From the NCBI RefSeq assembly GCF_009914755.1, contig NC_060925.1: a stretch of 64,000 bases of DNA, one strand, 5' to 3'. The DNA is from the human T2T-CHM13v2.0 reference genome, Homo sapiens. The notes under the pieces were generated by a model. The model saw nothing but the letters and a program-made list of their open reading frames with translations. It was not told the origin of the DNA and did not search any database. Position 1 is the first letter of the stretch. Every line of letters starts with the position of its first letter. Shown piece by piece: positions 24,634 through 36,563 of the stretch. The translations under genes were made by a program, and so were the position numbers.

Positions 24634-25679
24634 TCCATGGAGAAAGTTTGGTTGCTTAAAAGCACCACTTAAAAGAAAAATTTGAAAAGTCACCTGAAAG
24701 AAAGTTAGCATTAGCTTAAACCTTCCCCTAAATAAATCAAATAATTTACCCAATGCTCTTCTTGATTTTACAAGAAGTGATGTTTGAAAAAAACGGAATC
24801 TTTAATTAAACTTTATGATGGCTAAATAATTTGGGGTCCAACATTTGATCATATTGTTTTATATTCTGCATAACATCATAAAAATGAAGCCCCAAACATG
24901 AGGTACAATACTACTTAAATATTTATGTCTATTTTATAGTACTTGAAATATAGTTTTATTATTTTTCAGTAATTGAAGAAGATTATGAATATTTTATATT
25001 TGTTTTTTATCATATATTGTTGAGTATGCCTCTGGCTTGTTTTATGGTTAATATTTAGAAATTAACTCTTTCTTTTTTAATTTTGTAACATTGATTTCAT
25101 GGGAGTCTGTATTTGCCTTCTGGTGACCTGATTCATAACAATGTTACAGGATGTATGATTATATAAACCAGGTGCTTTTGAACCATGTTTTTTTTTTTTT
25201 TCTACCATTTAATTTTAGCATTTGCTGTGATTTTGGAGATACAAATTACATATCTTTTTGATAAAGTTATCTGAATCCTCAAGCACATGAAAGCAATTTG
25301 ACCCCATATTCTCATTATGCACTGTGTTTTTCTTTGTCACCAAAAATCATATTGTTTTATTATTATGTAATGCTATTGTGTAATGATCTCTAAACCAAGT
25401 CTAAGAATGTGCTTAAGATGGAAAAATTTAGGCTGGAGAATAAAATAGTAGTAACTTATGTTTCTTATTATTACATTTAACTAATTTTTTAAGTTTTTTT
25501 GAATCTAAATAACATAATAACATAATTTATTGCCACTGTAATTGTTAATATTATTTATAACAAACTAAAACAAATAAGAGAGACATGTAGAACTTTTAAT
25601 GGTGATGTGCAACAGTCTAATTGTTTTGAAGGCCTCCAATTTAGATTACTTAAGAATATATTAGTAACTGTGGGTTCCA

Positions 25680-26535
25680 GTTATCTATTCTGAGGTTGCA
25701 GCAAACCAGTGCAAAATTTAGTGGCTTAATACAATTTTTTTCTTACAGTCTGTGAATCAACTGGACTCAGTAGGGTGGTTCTTACGAGATTACTGTTGTA
25801 ATGTGGCTGTCTTGTATTATTAAACTGAATTAGACTGAATTATCTGAAGGATAGACTGGAAGGACTCCCATCATGACCTCTTACCTCACATGTCTGGTAC
25901 CATACCACTCCTCCTGCTGCCTTTGTCTCCAGTAGGTAAGCATGAACTTCTTACATGGTGTATGCATCTTCCAGAAGCAGGTAGCAGAAACCGCCAGGGC
26001 CCTTAGAGGCTCTTAGAGAAAAGACTCAGAACATGCACTGATATGGTTTGGCTCTGTGTCCCCACCCAAATCTCATCTTGAATTGTAAACCCCATATGTA
26101 GAGGGAGAGACATAGTGAGGGTGATTGGATCCTGAGGGCAGATTTCCCCTTTGCTGTTCTCATGACAGTGGGTGAGTTCTCACAAGATCTGGTGGTTTGA
26201 TAAGTGTCTGGTGCTTTCCCCCTGCTCTCTCTCCCTCTCCTCCCACCTTGTGAAGAAGGTGCCTGCTTCCCATTCTCTTTCTGTCATGATTGTATGTTTC
26301 CTGAGGCCTCTCCAGCCATGAGGAGCTGTGGGTCAAATAAACCTCTTTCCTTTATAAATTACCCAGTCTCAGGCTGTTCTTTATAGCAGTGTGAGAATGA
26401 ACTAATACATATACAGAAGTGACAGGACAGGCCACATTTAAGGGCTTGGAGAAATAGACTTCACCTCCCATTTGGGGAGTTACAAATGCACTGTGAGTCA
26501 CAGGATTGATGGCAGACTTATTGTAAATAAGCTTT
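25680..26535 (-). mobile_element. MLT1-type LTR split by a THE1D insertion
   Basis: aaaatttagtggcttaatacaa on the left and ggagaaatagacttcacctccc on the right of the THE1. Confidence 0.7.
26039..26409 (+). mobile_element. Solo THE1D-like LTR
   Basis: tgatatggtttggctctgtgtccccacccaaatctc...gaactaataca; degenerate 5-bp TSD tgcac/tatac. Confidence 0.92.
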
Positions 26536-26549
26536 GTAAATAAGCCATA

Positions 26550-26725
26550 ATTTATACTTGTGAAATTCACTTCTTCATAAATCAATTTTTCTCAATTGTA
26601 GAGTGGGAACAATAATAAAGTCTACTTCTAGCATAGTTATGAGGGCTAAATGGGATAATGCTTGTGAAGTCCCTAGCACTGTGCCCATAATAGAAGCTCT
26701 AAACAAATTCCAGCTAACATTACCA
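26550..26725 (+). mobile_element. MIR
   Basis: gtgggaacaataataaagtctacttc...gagggctaaatgggataatgcttgtgaagtccctagcactgtgcc. Confidence 0.75.
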
Positions 26726-27746
26726 TCCTTTCCTATGGAACTGAGACTTCCTTAAGGACAGATATTGCCTGTTTTCATCTATATATCTGGACATAATATA
26801 GTATCTGATAAATTGCAGACCATTAATAATCATGAAATTAATTAATATATAAATAAATGAGTGTTAACCTAAATATTTCTGGATTATAATGCCACAGGGT
26901 CTGTGTACTGGCATCAAGTGGAAAAACCTTAAGCAATCTGGGTCCAAAATTGTATGTTCAGGATTGTCTTTCCTAAATTAACAATACTTAATAGAATGGT
27001 TTACTATTGCTTTGTTTCTTATAGACACAGTCTCAGGGTGACAGATTAAAATATCCTCCCATACAGTGAAAAATATCTGAAGCTGGAAAATAAATATGGG
27101 CACACCTTGTTTTTGTTGGTAGACTAAGCAAAAGAGCAGTACGTTGATGTAAAATGCTTTCAAACAACTCAAATACAGGTTATATAAATGATCAAGAGGA
27201 ACAGAATTGCAAAGCATCATGGGCTGCAAAGCACAAAGGTCTTCAAATTATTTCTTATTCATTTATAAAAGTATGGATAATAGACCATATCCAGTAAGCA
27301 ATAGCTTTTCAGATATAGATAGACAATCTCTTAAAAACCAGTTTACGATTGAGAGGAGGACAATGAGAGAGGAGCTTGAAACATCACCTCCTCTGCCCAC
27401 AGAGTATTCTGCCACCTTTACGGCTCTGTTCTCAGATCAAACCTGAGTCTCTTGTATCCTGGCTGTAGGATCTACAACACTTCCCAAGTATCCAACCCCT
27501 TATTAACTCAACCTCTGTTTGCCAAAGTATATTAAATGTATCAGAACTTAGCACATGGTCCTTCCAAGCCTTTAAGCTCAGGTTATGACCTTGTAGTTAT
27601 CTGGAAAAAAATACAGTTATAAATATTTTGGGATCCTTAAAGATCCAATAAACTGATTTTGAAACTATGGTAACCACTATGTGTACCTTTGTTATCATCA
27701 GGGAATATGATCTATATTCTAATCATTTTTCTTACCAACTTACGGA

Positions 27747-27766
27747 ATATATATATATATATATAT
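27747..27766. repeat. (TA)n microsatellite
   Basis: Direct reading. Confidence 0.9.
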
Positions 27767-29289
27767 GAATACACCCTCTCCAACACACACACAAATGTTT
27801 TAAAGTAAGCAATGCCTTTTTTAAGCACCTATATTTCCTCATAATAGTTTATCTCCTTGATTGGCAATAAAATAAAAAGTACAGTCATGCATTTCTTAAC
27901 AGAAGAACATGTCTCTGACTTCCTTTTTAAACATTATTATAAAAATGCCTTATTTTAAGTTCTTTACTTTTGTATTGGTATACTTACACCAAAACGATAT
28001 TTTTGATTATTTTTTGTGGTATTTAAATATGAAAAACACATTAGAATATATATGTTTTCTAACAGTTGTCTTAATGATCAACAATGTGTATCTAAACAAA
28101 GGTTTAATCAAATGACAGTATAGTCGGCATTAAATAAAATGGGTAGAAGTAGCAACATCTTAAAAAATGTATGGATAGTTTTTACCTGGTAAATAATGAT
28201 AATCAGAATATTTTGTTTTCCTTAATGTAAAGTTAAAGGGATATAATTCTGAGGCACTGGATCTTGTGGGATTTCTCAGCTCTGGATTGTTTATACTTAC
28301 TGCCAGGCAATCTCACCAGATAAAAGTAAGGGTGTGAAAGGCCAAGTATTTGGGAGAAGTATTATTTAAGAGCTCAAGCCACTTGACCTACTGACTTATA
28401 AAACAATAATAATTTGAGTATATTGACAATCTGTACTTCATTAAGAGAATAATGTTGTTTCAACTCCATTTAACTTTTGCATCTCTGAATGTTATGCTTT
28501 TCTACAAGAAAATGGGCTGCCATGGGAGCCGTCGTAGGTCCTGACTGAATGAGTAACTCCTCTCATTTATACTTGTCGTTAAGGGTCAGAGAATCTTTTC
28601 AACATAGACTAACCCACCAGTACACATAATTAGAGCCATAACATGGTTTGTGTCAAAATTAATCATACTTAGTGTTTAAAACAATCCGTCCTGAAGGAGG
28701 AGATTATATCGGCTTATTTTGTGATAATTTTGAGGATGCACTTGATAAATACTAATAAACTCTTTTTCAGAGGAAGACTTACAGATAATTGTACTTGGCC
28801 AAAGAAGGGTTGACATATGTCATTTATGTCATAGAAAAAAAAATAGGCCTAATTCTAAACAACATTGAATGTAGACTTCATTATGTGCTTTGGGCAAGTG
28901 TCCAATTTGACACCATTTTTTCCCCTATTAAGATTAGATTTTCTTATTGAAAGAAACATTTTTTAGAAATGTGAATGGTTATAGAGTATTACTCATAGGA
29001 ATTAAAAATGTCTTTTCTGCCCAAGGCAAAATGACATTGCCAATCCCATCATAACTCTAAGCAATTATAATATAATAGTAATTGTGTGCATGAAGATGAG
29101 TGTGATAAGTAAAGGATACAATCGTTGTTTAGAGATACACACACACACACAGGCATACACTATTTTCTTTGAAATATTACAAATTATTACATATTTCTCT
29201 TGTAGTCCTTAAGGACTATATGGTACCATATTTGGCTTCCAATGGTGTCAATAAGTCACTGTTCTTTCACTACCTATAGAATGGCAGAG

Positions 29290-29522
29290 TACAGAGTGAT
29301 CATTTTTAAGGAGATTACCCAGAAGCTACACAGATCACCTCTCTTCACACACTGCCTTTTCTCAAACTTAAATAAATAATCCCTTATAGATTTAAGAGAG
29401 ACTAGAAAATATAGCCTGTACCTAGGGGAATAAATTAATATTTGTGGTTAATATTAAAAGGATCCTATTACCAAATAAAATAAGAGATATTGGATACTGA
29501 GGCACGTTTGTAGTTTATACCT
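29290..29522 (-). mobile_element. MLT1-type LTR fragment
   Basis: aagagagactagaaaatatagcct...ctattaccaaat...tggatactgaggca. Confidence 0.5.
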
Positions 29523-29524
29523 TA

Positions 29525-30010
29525 TGGAAGTTAGAAGATTTTTTGGCTGCTAAGTATCTGTCCTTTTTTCAGCACTCCAAATTTCCTGTGTGGAACCATG
29601 CTTTTTCCACTTTTTCTCTGGAAGATTTCATTTGATTTTCATTACCTGATTGCAGGAGTGGAGCATTTTACCTAGGTCTATCAATTAGAATGATTTTATC
29701 TTGAGGGCCATAGTGATTGATTCTGCACTGGGTGTTAAACTGACCTAGGTTCAAATAAATACTCTTTCATTGTTGACAGGAACTGAATTCTTTTCCATTT
29801 GATGTGACTATAAAGCATGATTGCTTTGATGCTATTAGGGGCCATTTAGCCATAACATGGAGCCTAACAATGAAGCCAATACAGAGTAAACCTGAACCAA
29901 GCAATAGAGATAGACAAGGTTTTAATTACCTTCTATGAGCCCTGTAACCAATCCTTTTTAAACTGGCATTTATCTGTAGACATTTCATCTATATAAGTCA
30001 AAACATACTT
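29525..30010 (+). mobile_element. LTR33/LTR16-like ERVL LTR
   Basis: ttttggctgctaagtatctg...cagcactccaaatttcc, ggccatagtgattgattc and gaagccaatacagag. Confidence 0.55.
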
Positions 30011-30176
30011 GTCAAGACTTAATTGATAAAAAGCATTATAAGGAAGCACGTAAGTGAGAAGAGAATTAATTTTTTGGTAAGTTTTTAGATAACTCTAAAA
30101 TACAATGGAGTAAACTAAGTGTTTACCCCATAAGCACTTTCTTCAATTATGCAGAATTTTGAAATTTTTTTTATGG

Positions 30177-32972
30177 GTTAGCTTAGTTCATCTGGGCTGC
30201 TATAACAAAATACCATAAACTGGCTAGCTTATAAACAACACAAATTTATTTCTCACGGTTCTGGAGGCTGGGATCTCCAAGATCAAAGCATCAGTAGGTC
30301 TGGTGAAGGTCTGCTTTCACCTTCACAGGGAGGACTTTCTCTGTGCATCCTCCCATGGTGGAAGGGGCAAAACAACTCTCTGAGGCCTCTTTTTTAAAAT
30401 AATTAGATTTTATTTTATTTTTTATTCTTCTAACCTTTATTTTAGGTTCAGGGGTACACGTATGTGTTTGTTACAGGGTAAATTGCATGTCATGGGGGTT
30501 TGTTGTACAGATTATTTTGTTACCCAGGTAATAGGTAGTTTTTCAATCCTCACCCTCTTCCCACCCTCCACCCTTAAGTAGGGCCCGGTGTGTGTTGTTC
30601 CCTTTTTGTGTCCATATGTACTCAATGTTTATGTTTCACTTATAAGTGAGACGTGTAGTATTTGGTTTTCTGTTCCTGTGTTAATTCGCTTAGGATAATA
30701 GCCTCCAGCTCCAATCATGTTACTGTAGAAGACATGATCTCATTCTTTTCTATGGCTGTGTACTATTTGATGGTGTATATTTACCACATTTCCTTTATCC
30801 AATCCACCATTGATGGGCATTTACGTTGATTCTATGTCTTTGTTATGGTGAATAGTGCTGCAATGAACATAATGCATGTGTCTTTATGGTAGAATAATTT
30901 ATATTCCTTTCATTGTCTACCCAGTAATGAGATTGCTGCGTTGAATAGGAGTTTTTGTTTTATCTTCTCTGAGAAATTGCCAAACTGCCTTCCCCAGTAG
31001 CTGAAGTAGTTTACATTCCCACCAGCAGTATATAAGTGTATCACATAAATCTAACTAAAAATGAAAAACATATGATTATCTCAATAGATATCTATGGAGA
31101 TATCTATTGAAATATTATCTCAATATTTCACGCATGAAAAGCTTTCAATAAAATTCAACAACATTTCATGTTAAAAACCCTAAACAAACTAGGCATTGAG
31201 AGAATATACCATTGAATAGGCAAAAGCTGAAAGCATTCCTCTTGAGAATTGTAACAAGACAAGAATGCACACTCTCAACATTCCAATTCAACATGTTACT
31301 GAAAGTCCTAGCCAGAGCAATCAGGCAAGAGAAAGAAATAATATACATCCAAATAGGAAGAGAGTAAGTCAAACTCTTTGCAGATGGTATGATCTTATAC
31401 TTAGAAAGCCCCACAGTCTCTGTCCAAAAGCTCCCAGAGCTGATAAACAACTTCAGCAAAGTTTCAGGATACAAAATCAGTGCACAAACATTAGTAGCAT
31501 TTCTGTATGTCAACAACATCCAAGCTGAGAGCCAAATTAACAATGCAATATCATCACAATAGCCACAAAAAGAATAAATATCTAGGATTACAGCTAACCA
31601 GAAGGTAAAAGCTCTCTACAGTGATAGTTACAAAATACTGCTGAAACAAATCAGAGATGGCACAAACAAATGGAAACACATTCCATGCTCATGAATGAGA
31701 AGAATCAATATTGTTAAAATGGCCATACTGGCCAAAGCAATTTACAGATTCAATGCTATTTATATCAAACTACCAATGACATTTTTCACAGAATTAGAAA
31801 AAGAAGATTCTAAAATTTATATGAAACCAAAAAAGAGCCACAACAGTGAAATCAAACCTATGAAAAAAGAACAAAGCAGGAGCCATCACACTACCCAACT
31901 TCAAACTATGCTACAAGGCTACAGTAACCAAAACAGCATGGCACTGGTACAAAACAAACAAATAGACCAATGGAACAGAATAGAGAACCCAGAAATAAAG
32001 TCATACACCTACAACCATCTGATTTTTGACAAAGTTAACCAAAACAAGCAATGGGGAAAAGAATCCCTATTCAATAAATGGTGCTGGGATAAGTGACTAG
32101 CCACATGCGTAAGATTGAAAATGGACCCCTTCTTTTCACCATATATAAAAATCAAATTAAGATGAATGAAAGACTTAAAGATAAAACCTTAAACTATAAA
32201 ATTCATAGAAGATAACATTGGAAATGACATTTGATGAATAAAAGACTTAAAGATGAAACCTTAAACTATAAAACCATAGAAGATAACATTGGAAATGACA
32301 TTTTGGACCTAGGTCCTGGCAAAGATTACATGATGATGATACCAAAAGCGATTGCAACACAAATAAAAATTGACAAATAGAAACTGATTGCAGAGCTCCT
32401 GGGAGGCAAAATAAAACAAAACAAAAACAAAATAAAAAAAAACCCAAACCAACAACCAAGAACAACACAACAAAACCCTATTAAGAGAGTAAATGGGCAA
32501 CCTACAGAATTGGAGAAAATATTTGCAAACTATGCATCCAACAAAGGCCTAATGTCTACAATCTAAAAGGAACTTAAATCAACAAGCAAAAAGCAAACCT
32601 CATTAAAAATGGGCAAATAATGTGAACAGACACTTCCAAAAAGGAGACATACAGGCATACAACAAGCACATGAAAAAATATTCAACATCACTAATCATTA
32701 CAGGAACACAAATCAAAACCAAAATGAGATACCATCTTACACCCATCAGAATGACTATTATTAAAAAGTCAAAAAATAACAGATGCTGCCAAGGTTGTGA
32801 AGAGAAGGTGAGGCCTCTTTTTTAAGAGCACTAATTCCAATCATGAGGGTTTCAACCTCATGACATATAATCACCTCTCAAAGGTTTCATGTCCCAATTC
32901 CATCACTTTGGGTGTTAGAATTTTAATATATAAATTTGGATGGTGGGATCAAAACACAAATAGATCATAGCA
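30177..32972 (-). mobile_element. MLT1A/MST-type LTR split by an L1 (pieces 30177-30397 and 32809-32972)
   Basis: gggctgctataacaaaataccataaactgg...; the LTR resumes after the duplicated tgaggcctcttttttaa and ends at gatcatagca. Confidence 0.85.
30398..32808 (-). mobile_element. L1PA15/16-like, 5'-truncated and 5'-inverted (30398-31040 minus; 31041-32808 plus)
   Basis: The 3'UTR lies on the minus strand, followed by ORF2 RT/C-terminal sequence on the plus strand (ORF 31695..32096). A 17-bp repeat starts at 30381 and 32809. Confidence 0.92.
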
Positions 32973-33369
32973 TGGGTAAAAAAAACATTTTCAACAATGA
33001 CACTTCTAGCTCACCTTATATGAACTTACGATATTAAAATAGTTCCATTTTTCTAAAGTGCTTAAATAAAATGATTCTTTTTTTCTCATATTAGTAACAA
33101 TTCTACACTGTTGCAGCATGTAATACAATTATTTTAAGATTTAGCTCAAACAGAAAAGTAAAATCTCTTCCAAGAAGTTTCATTTGGCTTTTCTTGTTAC
33201 TTAGTTCTCTTATCTTTTCTATGCTGTATGTATACCACTGTCTTGTCACTCAATTATATTGAAATTACTTGTTTAATTGCCTGTTTTTATCACTTCCATG
33301 TGCTTAATACATCTTCATACTCTCAAGGCCAATAATAATGCCTGGCACATAGCAGGAATTCAATTTTTT

Positions 33370-35710
33370 TAACATAAACTGTTTTTGAAGCTGCTTTAGT
33401 TTCACAGTATAAAAAACTGAGCAGAATATACAGACAGTGCCCATACATATACTCCCTGCCCTCACGTACCTACAGCCTCCCTCACTGTCAATTTCCTGAC
33501 ACTCCCATAGTGTTATTTGTTAATAATGAACCTACTTTGTCACATCAGGATCACTCAAACTCCATACTAGACATTAATTAGGGTTCATTCTTGGTTTTGT
33601 ACATTCTATGGGTTTTGACAAATGTATAATGACATATATTCACCATTATAATATCATATGGAATAGTTTCACTGACCTGAAAATCAGTGCACTGCTTCTT
33701 GATTTCTTCCTCCTCCCAACACCTGGCAATGACTGATATTTTTAGTGTCCCATAGTTTTGTGTTTTCCAAAATGTTATATATTTGGAATAATATAGTATG
33801 TAGCCTTTTCAAATTGGCTTTTTTCATTATGTTATACTTATTTAAGATTCTTCCATGTCTTTTCTAGGCTAGATAGCTCATTTTGTTTTAGCACTGAATA
33901 AAATAATTCATTGTTAGGATGTACCACAGTTTCTTTATCCATTCATCCATTCACCTACTGAAGACATCTTAGTTTATTCCAAGTTTGGGCCTTTATGAAT
34001 AAAGTTGCTATTAACATCCATATAGAGGTGTTTGTGCAGATACAAGTTTGCAACTCCTTTGGGGAAAAATTGAGGGGTGTGATTGCTGGATCATATATAA
34101 AGAGTATGTTTTACTTTGCAAGAAACTTGCAACCTGTCTTTCAAGTGGCTGTTTGCACTACCACCAGCAATAAGTAAAAGTCTCTCTTGTTCTACATCCT
34201 TCCCAGCATTTGGTGTTGACGGTGTTTTGGATTTTAGCCATTTTAACAGGTGTTAGTGGCATCTCATTCTTGTTTTTGTTTGCAGTTCCCCAATGACATG
34301 GTACTGTGCATCTTTTCATATGCATATTTGCTATCTTCTTTAGTAAGCTGCGGTCTGTTCAAACCTTTTGCTCATCTCATTTTTAATTCAGTTTGTTTGC
34401 TTTTGCATTGCTTTAAGTGTTCTTTATGTATTTTAGATAAGAGTTCTTTATCAGATATGTCCTTTGCAAAGATTTTTCTCCACCTGCAACTTGTCTTATT
34501 ATTCTCATGGCAGTGTTTTTCACAGAGCGTAAGTTTTTTTTTATTTTAATAAAGTCCAGTTTTTCCATGATTTTATTTATGACATGATTTCTAAAAAGTA
34601 TTCAGCATACCCAAGGTCATCTAGATTTTCCTGTATGCTATCTTCCAGAATTCTTATAGTTTTACATTTTACACTTAGGCATATGACCCTTTCTGAGTTT
34701 ATTTTTGTGAAGGATTTTGCTCCAGCACCATTTGTTGAAAAGACTATATTTTCTAATGTTTTGTTGTTGATGTCTGAATTATCAATATTTTTTAACTTTT
34801 AAGTTCAAGAGTATATGTGTAGCCTTATTATATAGGTAAAATTTTGTTGTGGGGGTTTGTGGTACAGATTATTTCATCGTGCAGGTATTAAGCCTAATAC
34901 CAATTAGTTATTTTTCCTGATCTTCTCCTCCCTTCTTCCCTCCACCCTTTGATAGGCCCCAGTTTGTGTTGTTCTTCTCTGTGTGTCCATGTGTTCTCAT
35001 CATTTAGCTCTCACCCATAAGTGAGAACATACCACACACCTACAACTATCTGATCTTTGACAAACCTGGCAAAAACAAGAAATGGGAAAATGATTCCTTA
35101 TTCAATAAATGATGCTGGGATAACTGGTTAGCCATATGCAGAGGATTGAAATTAGACTCCTTCCTTATACCATATACAAAAATTAACTCAGAATGGATTA
35201 AAAACTTAAATATAAAACTCAAAACTATAAAAACCCTGGAAGACAATCTAGCCAATACTATTCTGGATATAGGAACAGGCAAAGATTTCATGATGAAGAC
35301 AACAAAAGCAATTACGACAAAAGCAAAAACTGACTAATCATATCTAATTAAACTAAAGAGCCTCTGTGTAGCAAAAGAAACTATCAACAAAGTGAACAGA
35401 CAGCCTACAGAATGGGAGAAAAGTTTTGCAAACTATACATGTGATAAAGGCCTAATATCCAACAACTGTATTTTCTCTATTGTAATGCCTTCACTCCGTG
35501 TCAAAGATAAGTTGACTATATTTATGTGGGTCTATTTCTGAGCCTTCTATTCTGTCTATTGTCATTGTCTATTTGTCTGTTTTATGGCCAATACTAAATT
35601 GTCTTGATTATTGTAGATTTATAGTGGGTCTGAATTTAAATATTGTCTTTGCTATTTTTCATTATTGTGTTGGCTATTCTGGATCTTTTGCCTTTCCACA
35701 TAAACTGAGG
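33370..35710 (-). mobile_element. L1MC1-like 3' end, interrupted at 34755-35464
   Basis: gggttcattcttggttttgtacattctatgggttttgacaaatgtataatgaca. The element continues across the insertion (ccagcaccatttgttgaaaagact...ttttctctattg). Confidence 0.85.
34755..35464 (-). mobile_element. L1PA13-like, short and 5'-inverted (34788-35030 minus; 35031-35464 plus)
   Basis: The L1 3'UTR on the minus strand is joined to an ORF2 piece on the plus strand (ORF 35146..35337). TSD actatattttct/actgtattttct. Confidence 0.88.
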
Positions 35711-36563
35711 TCAATAAATTGTGAATAAGTGGAATTAAGCGTTTGCATGTACTTATCTCACCGATTCTAAAGTCTTTGTAATAGAGATGGGCTTTCCCTC
35801 ATGGAAAATACAATAATCCTGATTCATCATCAATGGGATATAGGAGTTAAAATTTCATGACCACTTTGTCAATAACAATAAAACAAGTGTCCTATTATCT
35901 CTCATTTAATAGTCTTGTATCTTATTTTGAGTTAGCTGGCTGAGCTAGGCTTAGAGCTTAATTTACGTCTGTGCAAAGTAAAGGAATGGACAAAAATATG
36001 GATTGTAGCCTTATATATTGATAGAAGTGATTATATTTCAACTTTAATTTTGTATGCTTGAAGATAGCTCTGGTAAATGAACTGGAATAGAGTCCTGCAC
36101 TTCCATTTAGAAAATCTGGTCCAGTCCTGCTATTTGCTGTATAATTAACTGTTTAATCTTAGAAAACTCCTTACCTACCCACACCCAGTTCAACCAAAAG
36201 CAAACTTTGTTTTATAGCCTGGAACAATGTTTTTTCCATAAAACAGAAGTTGTTTCTAACATTAGAATATCTAATACATGTGAAACTGTATCCTTTGGGT
36301 ATAAGGGAGGTATACATAGGTAGTGATTTTTATTTGATTCGTTGCACAGTAGTATTCCTCAATCCCTTTGTTTTTAAATAGTACTGTTTCTGTGATGAGA
36401 TAATATAGCCTCTTAGTAAAAATCTGTTCCTAAATGTCCCAAACTCTACCAAATATACGAAGAGTGGGAAGAACAGGCATCTTAAAACAGAGAGGCAGCT
36501 TTCTGCATTTACTATCATTTTGAACATTAAATTCCTGAGGAAAGCAAAAATCTGTATAATAGG

